Virus record (IMG/VR): IMGVR_UViG_3300045988_080644
Source of the DNA: a virus
Direction: 5' to 3' (one strand)
Length of the DNA: 64,000 bases
The notes beneath the pieces were generated by a model. The model worked only from the letters and a program-made list of their open reading frames with translations, did not search any database and was not told the DNA's origin. A program made the position numbers and the translations under genes. Below are positions 27,684 to 37,682 of this stretch, one piece after another. Each line of letters starts with the position of its first letter. Position 1 is the first letter of the stretch.

Positions 27684-30600
27684 AATGTATTTATAGTTAT
27701 AAAGGAAAACAGTTTTAGTCCATACAATAGTTAGATGATTTTCTATTAGAAAAACAAATATATGAAAGTAAATATGGAGATTTAGTATTCTCTATGACTG
27801 AAAAATAGTTGTCTGCTTAGAATAGAATTGATAGCATCAATAAAGAAGCAGAGGAACTAAATAAAAAATATGCTGAAGCTAAGAAAAACGCGTCATTTAT
27901 AGACTCAGAAGAAATATTAAAAATGACTCGTCCTTATGTAGGTGTAAGTGAGTTTTTAATGGATTAGAGAAATGATGAAGGAGAACTTTGGGTGCCTACA
28001 TTTACTACTGAGTATTGGGCTAAACAATACTTAAATTGGAGTTAGGGAATTTACTCAAAGGACGAAAAAGATGCATTTTTTGATGGTGATGATTCTAAAG
28101 TATAGCCTGTAGAATTAGGAAATCAGGGGGATTGGCGTAAGGCGGATGGCTCTCTAAAGGATGATTTTGGAACTATTGAATAGAATAACTTCCGTAAAAT
28201 AATGGAAGATAAGTGGAAACACTAGGCTAAGTATGGTGATGATATTCATGCCATTATGCAGAGTTATTTTGCTAGAATAGGCGAAGATTCTGATGGAAAT
28301 CCTAAGTATCGATATGAATTATGGGAAGGAGATCAAGGAGCTATGCATTTAGCTAAGAGTATTAAATATATGCGTAATAAAGGAATTATTACTGATGAAA
28401 TGACTGATGCTAAAATTAATAGTATATTAGAAATAGCTAGAAATTTAAGAGATTAGTTATAGAGTTAGTATGGCAAAAAATGTATATTTTATCCTGAAAT
28501 TACTGTTAGTGCCAAATTGAATCATGAATATGAAGGTAGAGACGATTTAAGTGTATTAGGTCGTCTAGACTTATTAGTTATTGATGAAGATGGTATTCCT
28601 CATATTATGGATTACAAAACTTCTCCTAAAAATTACGATGACTTTGTCGAAGCTAAGAAACTCACATTTACTTACTAGTTAAGTACCTATGAAAGAATGC
28701 TTAGGAGACATGGTTTTAATACTACAGCCACAAGCTTAAATATTATACCACTTAAACTAAATAACTTTAGAAAAGAAAATGGTAAATGGACTTACGATGA
28801 TGTAGTACCTGGTGGTAATTTACTAGAATCAATAACTGATAGAGCCAATAAAGATTACATAGCTAATAATCTTGATGAATACATAGAAGCTCCATTATTA
28901 TTAGATGGGGATTCTAGTAAGATTACAGAGAATGTAACTGATTTAATGAAAACTTGTTTTCCTGAACATGGTAATGTAGCCACTGATGAATAGATAAAAA
29001 AGATGATTGATGGCTAGGGAGGTTTCCATGAAAATAAGGAAGCGGGTTCTTTGGAGTTTAAGCCCAAGGGATGGACTAAGACTATATCGGTAAAGTAGAA
29101 GGAAGGGGCAGAAGCTGAATTATTTAATAAGGTTAAGAAATTCTTTACAGGCTAGAGAGAACGTAGTTTAAAGAGAACTTAGGAAATTAAGAGAGCACTT
29201 AAACAAGCACAAGCTGAAGACACTAGATAGATTTAGTTACCTAATTCTATGAGTGATTGGACTAAAACAAGGCTATCTAAATATTGTAGTAAATCTTGGG
29301 AAGTAATGGAAGGTCATGCACAAGATGTTGCTGAGCAATTTGGTATGATATTTTTATATAACAAAGCTAATGATTTAGTAGAGGTAGTTAAAATTAGTTC
29401 TGCAGATTTATCTTTTTAGCATTCTTGGGGAAAAGGTAGATAGAATATTATTGGGGCAAAGGAAGCTGATTTGGGAGAAAATTCCAAGTCAGACAGTTTG
29501 ATTATTAAAGCTACTAATGGTAACATAGAGCTTATGGAAGCCATGGCAGTTTTAAATAATATTCAGTTTAATAAGTTTATTTAGTTAGGAAACATAAGTG
29601 TTCTTAATCCGGTATTTGGTTAGGGAGCTGAAACTAATTCTAATAAAGAGCTGCTTTATAACTGGAGAAAACTTAGAAAAACCTTTAACATGGATGGGGA
29701 AGATTAGTTTAAATAGGATGGTACTATTAAATTATTGTCTTTAGCTGAAAGAGCCTATCTGGAGTATGCTGATATAATGGATAGAGTTAATGACAGGTGG
29801 CAAGCTCAAGAATTTAGTAAGTTTAAACCTGCTATGACTGAGTTACAAAGTTCCTTACAACCTAATAATGTAGAAGAAAGTCTTGAAGCTCTTAATTAGC
29901 TTAAAACCAAATTGGAGAAAGACTTTGGAATGAATAAGGATATTTTAACCAGGGGAGAAAATAAGGGTAAAAGTATATATTCTGAAGTATAGAATTATGA
30001 CTAGCAATATACTAAGTAGATGTACCAAATAACTCTTAGAGCCATTGCTGAACTTAGCGGTTTTGATATTAGACAGGAAACAAAAGCACACAGTTCTTTC
30101 TTAGATAGTTTAAATATCTTAGAAAATGGTATGTCTGGAAATATGATAGATAACCCAGGTAACTTTGGTAATAGACTTCTTAATTAGGTAACTTAGTTAG
30201 CTCTTGATGGTTATTAGAATACTCGAGATATGTCAATTAAAAGACTTAATGCACTATCTGAAAAAGTACGAGAGCTAAAAAGAGGTGAAAACTATGGGGT
30301 TATTAGTGAGTATGGATTTGGTAATTAGGCTTCTCTCTATAATGGTATGACTTATTATGATACTGATGGTGACTTTAAATTTAAAAATCCTTGGAAAGAT
30401 AATTCCCTACCTGAACATAAAAAAGAGTTTTTAAAATGGGCATTAACCGAAATAGCTAAAAATAAACATCCTGATTGGACTCCCGAAGTTATTAAAGATA
30501 AAATAGAAGCAAATGATCCAGATTTCTTTTAGGTTCCTTTAATAAGGGCTGATGCCGCATCTAAAATTAATGCAGACGGATGGTTAGGTTGGTTAAAAAG

Positions 30601-32524
30601 TAAAATGAGACCTTTAATTAGCAAAGATAATGGAGCAACTTTTAAAGAGAGAATTCAAAATACTTTAAAAGATATACAATCTAAATATTTATCTGATGAA
30701 ATAGATTAGTAGCAAAGTATTGACGGTGAAGTATTTAAAGTAATAAATACTATGGATTAGGGAAGTGGTCCTGGCAGATTAGACTTAATTAAACATCTAC
30801 AAGGAAAATACGGATCTAATTGTTTTGAAACGGATATAGAAAAAATATTAGGTGCTCATATGATGGCATATGCTACTCAACAAGCCATGGAAGATAGAAT
30901 GCCTTTAATTAAAGCAGCTTATATATCCTTAGCAGTAATGGGTAATAACTAGGGGGTAGACTATTCTTCTGATGAGAAATATATTAAAGAATATGTTCAA
31001 AATAAAATAAATAAATTAGCAATAGATAATCCTTAGTTAAGACATTTAAGGAGTGCCACTGGAATGTTACAAAAAAGTGCTTCTTGGATGGCATTAGCTT
31101 TTTCACCTTTACAAATGTCTTATTAGAGTCTGGAAGGTGTTTGGAAGGCTGCTAAATTAGTTATAACTAAACCAGATGGTAAAGAAACATTTAGTTTTTC
31201 TAATATGCGTAAGGCTATGGGTATTGTATATAAAGAATTGTTTAATTATAGTGAAACAAATTCTGTAATAGAGGGTTGTAACGCTCTTTATGGTATAAAC
31301 GATATGGATGCTGCCTCATTTGCTCAAAACAATAGTACTAATAAGCATGGTCTGTTTAATTTCTTTGACAGAATTGCATATTATTGGTCTTCTCGTCCCG
31401 ATTTCTATAATAGAATGTCAATATTCACAGCATAGATGCTTGAAGATGGTAGTTATGAAGCTCATTCAGTAGATGCCAATGGTAACTTAATATACAATAT
31501 TAAAAAGGATAAGAGATTTGAAGCATTATTTAATAAACCAAAGGGTTCTCCTGAATATAATAAAGCAAAAGCCTTATTCTTAGCCACTGCTTAGTAGTTA
31601 GTGAGGGAAAACGCTAGAAATGCCGATGGTTCATTATACACCATAGATTTAGATAATCCAAATTTACCTAAAGCCTACTCTAATAAAGAGTCTGAATCTA
31701 TGAAAGCTATTGGGGATACCATGTATGGATATTACGATAGTTCTAAGAAATCATTATGGCAATCTACATTCTTAGGAGGCCTTATGATGCAAATGCAAAC
31801 ATATTGGTCTGGTAAAAAGAATTAGTATCTTGCTCCTGGAGGTATTAAAGCACAGGGTAAATGGGTCTAGATGGTAAGTCCTAATGGTAAAAAGTGCTAT
31901 TATTCTAAAAATGAAAATGGAGATATTGATAACTCCTCAATGCCTATAGAAGAGGGAGATCCTAGAGCTAGTGAAGTACCCTTTATGCAATGGAAGGGTA
32001 GATTTGAAGAAGGCGCTTTTATAACCTTATATGATGTACTTAAAAGAACTATAGGACATAAGGGAAATCTTAAAGCTGCTTGGAAAGAGAAGTTAGATGG
32101 AACTGACGAAGACTTATAGAAACTTTATAAGTAGAACATGAAGTTGATAGTTAGTGACTTACTCGGTATGTTACTTATTGGTTCTTTACTAGGCGGATTA
32201 TTAGAAGATTTAGCTGATGAAGAAATTAAAAAGGCTAAAAAATCTGCACAGATTGGAGATGCTATGGCTGCAACAGCCTTAAGTCTAATAGCTAAGACTG
32301 TAAGAAATTCAGCTCTAGATTTTAACATGATAGACTCTTTGTTTGGCTTCGTAGGGGATTGGAATCCATTCTCTATTAGTTATGCAACTAATTAGCTAAG
32401 TAATGGTTGGAGTCTTATAACTGGAGATAAAAATTGGGAATAGACTCTATGCAGTGCCTTCTCTGCAGCACGCTAGATGAGACCAATACTTAATTGCATT
32501 AATTAGTCTTTACAAGAGGATTAA
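27680..32524 (+). CDS. Large protein (1614 aa with TAG=Gln) with an N-terminal PD-(D/E)xK (RecB/Cas4-like) nuclease domain and a C-terminal hydrophobic segment
   Basis: ATG 27680. Frame 2 is open to TAA 32522-32524. GRLDLLVIDEDGIPHIMDYKTS (DYK at 28610-28618) is followed by TYQLSTY, where Q is TAG 28676-28678. Track ORFs 28256.., 28697.., 30347.., 31205.., 31601.., 31871.., 32138.. share the frame. Confidence 0.85.
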
Positions 32525-32534
32525 ATACACTAAT

Positions 32535-32720
32535 ATGAAACCTAGAGACAATTTATCTACTAAATATCCTAGATGTCATTATAATAAATTAGGTAAAACT
32601 AAAATGACATTCGATACTACAGATTTAGCTGAGAAATATCTCAAAAAGATGCATTTAGATACTTATACTATTTATCAATGTACTTATTGTAATAAGTATC
32701 ATATATCACACATAAATTAA
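32535..32720 (+). CDS. Small Cys/His-rich protein (61 aa), last gene of the rightward block
   Basis: Standard-code ORF with a C..H...CxxC..H pattern (RCHY...CTYCNKYH). It lies immediately upstream of the convergence stem-loops. Confidence 0.5.
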   Translation: MKPRDNLSTKYPRCHYNKLGKTKMTFDTTDLAEKYLKKMHLDTYTIYQCTYCNKYHISHIN

Positions 32721-32725
32721 AAAAA

Positions 32726-32760
32726 TAGGGGCAAGCTAGCATTTGCTAACTCACCCCCTA
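32726..32760. terminator. GC-rich stem-loop at the convergence point of the two modules
   Basis: TAGGGG (32726-32731) pairs with CCCCTA (32755-32760), with an inner TAGCA/TGCTA stem. An A-run on the plus-strand 5' side becomes a T-run after the stem on the minus strand. Confidence 0.5.
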
Positions 32761-32769
32761 TAAAGAAAA

Positions 32770-32809
32770 AAGGGCAAGCCAATGGATTTTACTCCACTGA
32801 CCTGCCCTT
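32770..32809 (-). terminator. Rho-independent-type terminator for the leftward module
   Basis: AAGGGCA (32770-32776) pairs with TGCCCTT (32803-32809). On the minus strand the stem is followed by TTTTTTCTTT. Confidence 0.55.
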
Positions 32810-32814
32810 AATTA

Positions 32815-33027
32815 TTATTTATTATACCATATTACATGTGTATATTCCATATTTTTGTTGTTAACCTCATCTAATGTAAAGGAAGAAGGGGATAGCCATT
32901 TACCTGTCCAATCTCCATTCTCATTAGAATACTGTCCTTCACCGTCAGAATCTATAAACAATCCATTCTCAACACGCTCTCTAAACTCATCTCTAGTATA
33001 GAGATTTCCATTACTTAATTTCTTCAT
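32815..33027 (-). CDS. Hypothetical protein (70 aa)
   Basis: Intact standard-code ORF. It is the last gene of the leftward block and abuts the next gene by 1 nt. Confidence 0.5.
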   Translation of the reverse strand: MKKLSNGNLYTRDEFRERVENGLFIDSDGEGQYSNENGDWTGKWLSPSSFTLDEVNNKNMEYTHVIWYNK

Positions 33028-33028
33028 A

Positions 33029-33343
33029 TTAATTATTTTGTAATTGTCTTATTCTCTCTTGACATATATGAATAATCTTTTCGTAGTCTTCTATTCTAGC
33101 TTCACTCTCAGTCTTTCCTTGTAATACTTTAGTTCTATATATACGTTTAACTATATCAGCATCCCAAGGATTTAATTTCCAATCTTGCCATACAGACCAA
33201 GGCTGAATTATAGACTTAGAATAGTTACTTTCTCCAATATTTTTATCTCTTACATTAGAATCATCTGGAAGTATTCCAATCTTTTGCAAATACTTAAAAA
33301 GATCAAGATTATTATTTATATATTCAGGAGTTATTAATTGCAT
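33029..33343 (-). CDS. Hypothetical protein (104 aa)
   Basis: Intact ORF in a tightly packed operon. Its start overlaps the upstream stop. Confidence 0.55.
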   Translation of the reverse strand: MQLITPEYINNNLDLFKYLQKIGILPDDSNVRDKNIGESNYSKSIIQPWSVWQDWKLNPWDADIVKRIYRTKVLQGKTESEARIEDYEKIIHICQERIRQLQNN

Positions 33344-33912
33344 TATTTGATATGTGCTTTATAATGAATTTTATCTAATAATTCTGCCAGATTTACAGGT
33401 GTGAAATTATTATTATCTACACCCACATCATACTGATTATCGAAATAATTCCATGGTTTATCTGGTGTACTATGCACATGACCATGTAATTGAATTATAG
33501 GACGATTAGTAGCTGGATCTGGTAGAGAACCAAAGGGAAAGTGGTTAAGAATTATAGTTTTCTTTTCCACCCTAATTACTTCTTCCCAAGATACTGTTTC
33601 GCATCTAAAAGGAGACTCAAAACTTTTCATAATATTCAAATTATCATGATTTCCCATAATAAAGCTTATATGTCCAGTTAGACGTCTTATAAAATCGGGG
33701 ATGAGTGATTTATCACCTAAAGCGAAATCTCCCAAGTGATAGACTATATCACCCTTAGAAACTACTTTATTCCAATTTTCTATTATAGTTTCATTCATTT
33801 CCTCAACAGAAGAGAATGGACGATTACAATACTTAATTATATTAGCATGATTAAAATGGGTATCTGAAGTTACCCAAATATGTTTTGCTTCTTCTTTTGT
33901 ATATTTAACCAT
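33343..33912 (-). CDS. Calcineurin-like metallophosphoesterase
   Basis: Motifs SDTHFNH, LGDFALGD, GNHD and LHGHVH occur in canonical order. Confidence 0.8.
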   Translation of the reverse strand: MVKYTKEEAKHIWVTSDTHFNHANIIKYCNRPFSSVEEMNETIIENWNKVVSKGDIVYHLGDFALGDKSLIPDFIRRLTGHISFIMGNHDNLNIMKSFESPFRCETVSWEEVIRVEKKTIILNHFPFGSLPDPATNRPIIQLHGHVHSTPDKPWNYFDNQYDVGVDNNNFTPVNLAELLDKIHYKAHIK

Positions 33913-33923
33913 TTATAATATAT

Positions 33924-34643
33924 TTATTTCTTGAAATAAAAGCAAATATCAGGTCTGCCAAAAACCAAGCTTGTATCTATACTACAAAGGTATTTAGTTT
34001 TACCGCCCTGTGTATTGACAACATCATAGTTGATTCCATGACCTACTCCTATTATATTTGTTATTTGTCTTTTATTCCAAATGTTTTCATAATACCCACC
34101 ACCTGGATAAAAATCTATATAGATAGTTTTTTCACCCTCTCTTAATAAATATTTACCAATACATTGTGGAACCCCTGATTCTATTAGAGCTTTAATTAGG
34201 GGTCTCAAATATAATTTATTAAATCTTTTCTGATTCTCGTTATATTTATTAATTATTTGATAATCACTCCCTTTAACAGGCTTTTTATAATTAAGAATAC
34301 CATTAGTTACATAAAACCCACCACGTTGAGAATCTATATCTTCTTTATCTTGAATAAAGCTATAAAATTCTTCTTTAGGATTAAATTTACTCAGATTATT
34401 ACATCTAGATAGGAACTTAGAAAATACTTTATTAACTGGATATCCTACATGGCATTTTAAAAATTTTTCAATATCACCATTAAGATAGGTATAGTCATCA
34501 TCGTTCCAATTATGCTTACAATACCCCCATTCTTTTAAATTTCTAGGAATAGCTGTAAAATCCTTAAACTTATATCTGGGAAATTTCTTATGAGTTCTTT
34601 TACTTTTAGTACTACTTCTTTTTAAACCGAATGTTAATGTCAT
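33924..34643 (-). CDS. Hypothetical protein (239 aa)
   Basis: Long intact ORF on the coding strand of the module. No motif recognised. Confidence 0.6.
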   Translation of the reverse strand: MTLTFGLKRSSTKSKRTHKKFPRYKFKDFTAIPRNLKEWGYCKHNWNDDDYTYLNGDIEKFLKCHVGYPVNKVFSKFLSRCNNLSKFNPKEEFYSFIQDKEDIDSQRGGFYVTNGILNYKKPVKGSDYQIINKYNENQKRFNKLYLRPLIKALIESGVPQCIGKYLLREGEKTIYIDFYPGGGYYENIWNKRQITNIIGVGHGINYDVVNTQGGKTKYLCSIDTSLVFGRPDICFYFKK

Positions 34644-34694
34644 AATAGTTTTATATTAATGTTCTCTGCTTTTCCTACTTTCTTATTAGGGATT

Positions 34695-35045
34695 TTAGTC
34701 AAGTTCTTTTAAAACAAAGCACTTAATTTCACCTTCAATTTCGTAGAATACAACATCGAGTTCATTCAGCCAGTTAAGCATCAAATGTGAATCGCCTTCA
34801 CTAATTTCCTTGTATTCTTTTAACCATCCTTCTAATTCTCGAATTACATACCCATCCATTTGATCAGGACCTCCAAAATGATAGTAACCATCAGGATTAA
34901 TGAATGTAAAGCCTCCTTCAATTTCTACTAATTCATTTTTAATCTTAGTAACTAATTCACGTTCCAAAATAAACTTATTAGAGAAGTACATAATTAATAT
35001 TGATTTAGCTAAATCTAAATTATTCACAAATCCATACTCGTCCAT
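34695..35045 (-). CDS. Hypothetical protein (116 aa)
   Basis: Intact ORF preceded by a 135-nt AT-rich spacer. Confidence 0.55.
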   Translation of the reverse strand: MDEYGFVNNLDLAKSILIMYFSNKFILERELVTKIKNELVEIEGGFTFINPDGYYHFGGPDQMDGYVIRELEGWLKEYKEISEGDSHLMLNWLNELDVVFYEIEGEIKCFVLKELD

Positions 35046-35180
35046 ACTTAATATAGTTATTAATTAATTAAAATTTTAATTAAATTCTTTTGATTATTAT
35101 TCAATCTCATTGGTTTTTTATTTATATAAATAAATTTCTCAATGAATTCTGCAGTACTGGCTTCATAAAACTCTGAAGAA

Positions 35181-35564
35181 TTATTTTGATTCATATTCAG
35201 TTACGGTTACTTCCTTTGGAAATACTTCTGTTAAATCTGCATTTGCATCTACTTGGTCTTCAAAATCCCAATTCCAAGTATAATACCAATCAAAAGAATA
35301 ATATTTATCTTCAATCTTTATAATAGCAGTATAATTAATATAAGACTTTTCTAAGTCAATATAATTAGTACGATATTGTGTATCTATTATTTCTATATGT
35401 GAATATAGGTTTTCTAAATAATCAAAAGCTTCCTCGGGGGTATGAGATTCTCTAAATTTATCTAATTCTTCTACCATATACTGAGGCATATAGTCTTCTA
35501 TTTCATCAAATTCATCAAATTCATCACTAATTATATAGTAATATTCGTCCAGTCTTAATTTCAT
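35181..35564 (-). CDS. Hypothetical acidic protein (127 aa)
   Basis: Intact ORF whose start overlaps the upstream stop by 4 nt. Confidence 0.55.
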   Translation of the reverse strand: MKLRLDEYYYIISDEFDEFDEIEDYMPQYMVEELDKFRESHTPEEAFDYLENLYSHIEIIDTQYRTNYIDLEKSYINYTAIIKIEDKYYSFDWYYTWNWDFEDQVDANADLTEVFPKEVTVTEYESK

Positions 35565-36076
35565 AATTCTAAAAAGTCTCTAACATCAATATAATCTATA
35601 AAAAATCTTGAAGCACATCTCTTATCAGAATCTGAAAAATCTCCTAGTTTACCAGAAGCATCCCCTATCATAATACATTCATCTTTAGACTCTACTTTGT
35701 ATTGATAGTATAATTGTTCTAGCATTCCAGTATTAGGTTTTCGATAAGTATCATTCTTATCCATAGAACAACAATACAAGCTATCACTATATGAAAAATT
35801 ATTAAGTTTATTAATAAAATAGCCATGACATATACCTTCTACAGCCCATATCTTATAATTAAAAATACGTTTATCTGTAAGAGTCTTTAAACCTCCTTGA
35901 TTACTTACTATAAAAAACATACTAAGATTAGGCATCTTTTCTATTATTTTATCTAATACAGGAAGTTGTACTCTAAAATCAGTAATGTCTTCAGGAAATG
36001 TTTTACCTGAAATAGTCTTAATTAAAGTACTGTCCAAATCAATGAACAGTACTTTTTTAGTTTCAAAATCAATCAT
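35561..36076 (-). CDS. HAD-superfamily phosphatase, polynucleotide 3'-phosphatase-like
   Basis: DxDxT (FIDLDSTL), SNQGG, KPNTGM and GDASG...DSD match the four HAD motifs in the arrangement typical of PNKP-type 3'-phosphatases. Confidence 0.75.
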   Translation of the reverse strand: MIDFETKKVLFIDLDSTLIKTISGKTFPEDITDFRVQLPVLDKIIEKMPNLSMFFIVSNQGGLKTLTDKRIFNYKIWAVEGICHGYFINKLNNFSYSDSLYCCSMDKNDTYRKPNTGMLEQLYYQYKVESKDECIMIGDASGKLGDFSDSDKRCASRFFIDYIDVRDFLEL

Positions 36077-36461
36077 CTAAATATTGTTTAAGTAATACTT
36101 CATTAGTTATAGCATCCTTTTGATAACCAATATTAAGTTCTTTCATAGCCAGGCTATAACCCTCCCAATTATCAACTCCTTCAGCCTCTAAAGCCTTTAA
36201 CTTTTCGGAATTTTGAATTAACATTAAGAGAACCTTCTTATCTATGAATGCCTTGTCGTTTGATAAGTTAACAGAAGATAACTCACTTTTACCCCACGGT
36301 ATATATTCTTCCTCTCCTTCAGAATTTTTAGGTAGCATATCTTGATAGCCATCCCATAATGGACAAGTCATTCCAGCAACCCAATCTAATATATCGTGCG
36401 CTGATAAAAAATTAGTATTATCATTAACTAAATATTCAAAAACTTCAGTTACTTTATACAT
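36069..36461 (-). CDS. Hypothetical protein (130 aa), paralogous N-terminus with the next gene
   Basis: MYKVTEVFEYLVNDNTNF compares with MYKIIETFEYYVENPNDF of 36464..36655. Confidence 0.55.
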   Translation of the reverse strand: MYKVTEVFEYLVNDNTNFLSAHDILDWVAGMTCPLWDGYQDMLPKNSEGEEEYIPWGKSELSSVNLSNDKAFIDKKVLLMLIQNSEKLKALEAEGVDNWEGYSLAMKELNIGYQKDAITNEVLLKQYLDD

Positions 36462-36463
36462 TT

Positions 36464-36655
36464 TTATTTACTAATTACTCTGATATTACTATTACCCCAA
36501 GGGCTATCTCCATACTTATGACTAGGTGCATTCTCTGTATTATACCAATAAGCATCAACTCCTAAGTCTTTCTCTTTATCTACTATTTCTTGTACTGGGC
36601 AAAAATCATTTGGATTTTCTACATAGTACTCAAAAGTTTCGATAATTTTATACAT
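36464..36655 (-). CDS. Hypothetical protein (63 aa), paralog of the N-terminus of 36069..36461
   Basis: Shared N-terminal sequence and tandem position. Confidence 0.5.
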   Translation of the reverse strand: MYKIIETFEYYVENPNDFCPVQEIVDKEKDLGVDAYWYNTENAPSHKYGDSPWGNSNIRVISK

Positions 36656-36888
36656 TATACCAAGATACTCTTAAGATTATCTACAAATTTATTTGCCTGA
36701 GCTTTGATATTCTCGATGTCTTTAATTTCAGACTGAATCTTCTTTACTTCCTCTTCTTTTTCTGAAATCTTATCATTCATTTTAGAAATCAAGGTGACTG
36801 CTTTATCGTGAGCAGTCTGAAAAGAAGACTGAATACTATTCAACTTAGAGCTAAAAGAAAGACCAAATAAATCCTGTAATGAGTTCAT
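36655..36888 (-). CDS. Hypothetical coiled-coil protein (77 aa)
   Basis: Intact ORF with a heptad-like charged sequence (EKEEEVKKIQSEIKDIENIKAQ). Confidence 0.5.
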   Translation of the reverse strand: MNSLQDLFGLSFSSKLNSIQSSFQTAHDKAVTLISKMNDKISEKEEEVKKIQSEIKDIENIKAQANKFVDNLKSILV

Positions 36889-36948
36889 ATAACAATATAC
36901 TTTAAAAAATAAATAATTGATCTTGTTAATACTAATCTAAATATTTAA

Positions 36949-37554
36949 TTATTCATAAGTTACTTTTATTGTATCCAGTACATAATTATGGTAATACTCC
37001 TCTAATTTAGGTATAATTTCATTTAAAAGAGTTGACTTATGATTAAATGCCCAGTTATAATTAGGAATTTCTTCTATAGGCAACCATTTAATTCCATCAA
37101 CTTCATCTTTCTCCCCGCCTTCTTGAAGTTTACCAATATGTTTTCTAAGACCTAGGATACATAAATGTCTTAAAGTAACATTACCTTTATTACACTTTTT
37201 AGGGTCAGTCTCCACGTTAATTAATGCAAAAGCTTCTGAAGGAATACTAACCCCACATTCTTCAGCAACTTCTCTAGAACATGCTTCAGTGGCAGATTCG
37301 CCACCATCTAAATATCCACATGGCATATTCCATTTACCTTGGTCATCAGGTGTTCCTCTACCTCTTTTATTAATTAATACATACCATTTACCATCTTTTT
37401 CTTTAGCTAACACGACACAACTAACTGCACAATATCTACCACTCCAAATGGTTTCTCCTTTATGAGGACCATCTGGAATAGTATAAGAATAAGATTTTTC
37501 TATTTTACCTATTTGATTCATTTGCTTAAAATTAATGAAATTTTCTCGAGACAT
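36949..37554 (-). CDS. NUDIX hydrolase
   Basis: Complete Nudix box GYLDGGESATEACSREVAEECGV (Gx5Ex7REUxEExGU). Confidence 0.85.
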   Translation of the reverse strand: MSRENFINFKQMNQIGKIEKSYSYTIPDGPHKGETIWSGRYCAVSCVVLAKEKDGKWYVLINKRGRGTPDDQGKWNMPCGYLDGGESATEACSREVAEECGVSIPSEAFALINVETDPKKCNKGNVTLRHLCILGLRKHIGKLQEGGEKDEVDGIKWLPIEEIPNYNWAFNHKSTLLNEIIPKLEEYYHNYVLDTIKVTYE

Positions 37555-37682
37555 TTATCACATATATATTTCTGTTTATTAAGTGTCCAATACCGAGTAT
37601 AATATTCCAGTATTCCTACTTGCTTATCTAGGTCTAGAGTAGAGCCACAGAAATCACAAGTATAACTAATGTTTTTACCCAT
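37518..37682 (-). CDS. Possible small zinc-ribbon protein (54 aa)
   Basis: ATG follows the upstream TAA directly. Two CxxC pairs (CDFC...CDKC). It overlaps the NUDIX start by ~37 nt and is not in the ORF track because it is under 60 aa. Confidence 0.3.
   Translation of the reverse strand: MGKNISYTCDFCGSTLDLDKQVGILEYYTRYWTLNKQKYICDKCLEKISLILSK

Noticed and set aside
4826-32328. Minus-strand track ORFs inside the plus module (4826..5023, 6755..7000, 8103..8294, 8409..8591, 16453..16635, 21058..21333, 21370..21588, 22559..22870, 32125..32328) and the out-of-frame plus ORF 18480..18680
   Set aside because: They are antisense or out of frame relative to the long TAG-sense ORFs and have low-complexity, Ile/Leu/Phe/Ser-rich composition typical of shadow ORFs in AT-rich DNA.
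977-32395. The ~35 short plus-strand ORFs in the supplied track (977..1456, 4009..4191, 5198..5476, 6599..6934, 8635..8874, 10336.., 13129.., 15511.., 17936.., 19103.., 20225.., 21449.., 23303.., 24416.., 25820.., 26724.., 28256.., 28697.., 30347.., 31205.., 31601.., 31871.., 32138..) as independent small genes
   Set aside because: Each is bounded only by TAG and lies in the same frame as its neighbours. They are TAG-free fragments of seven long TAG-sense ORFs.
1-32524. The plus-strand half as a decayed or pseudogenised or non-coding region
   Set aside because: Decay would scatter all three stop codons and frameshifts. Here TAA and TGA are completely absent from the long frames, and catalytic motifs are intact.
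1-32524. TGA or TAA reassignment instead of TAG
   Set aside because: Every plus-strand gene terminates cleanly at TAA or TGA with the next start adjacent or overlapping, and no in-frame TAA/TGA needs to be read through.
35060-35194. 44-codon ORF in the AT-rich spacer upstream of 34695..35045
   Set aside because: It has low-complexity Asn/Ile/Lys composition, overlaps the upstream gene end out of frame and has no supporting signal. The spacer is more likely regulatory. A similar 31-codon ORF at 54717..54812 was also not called.
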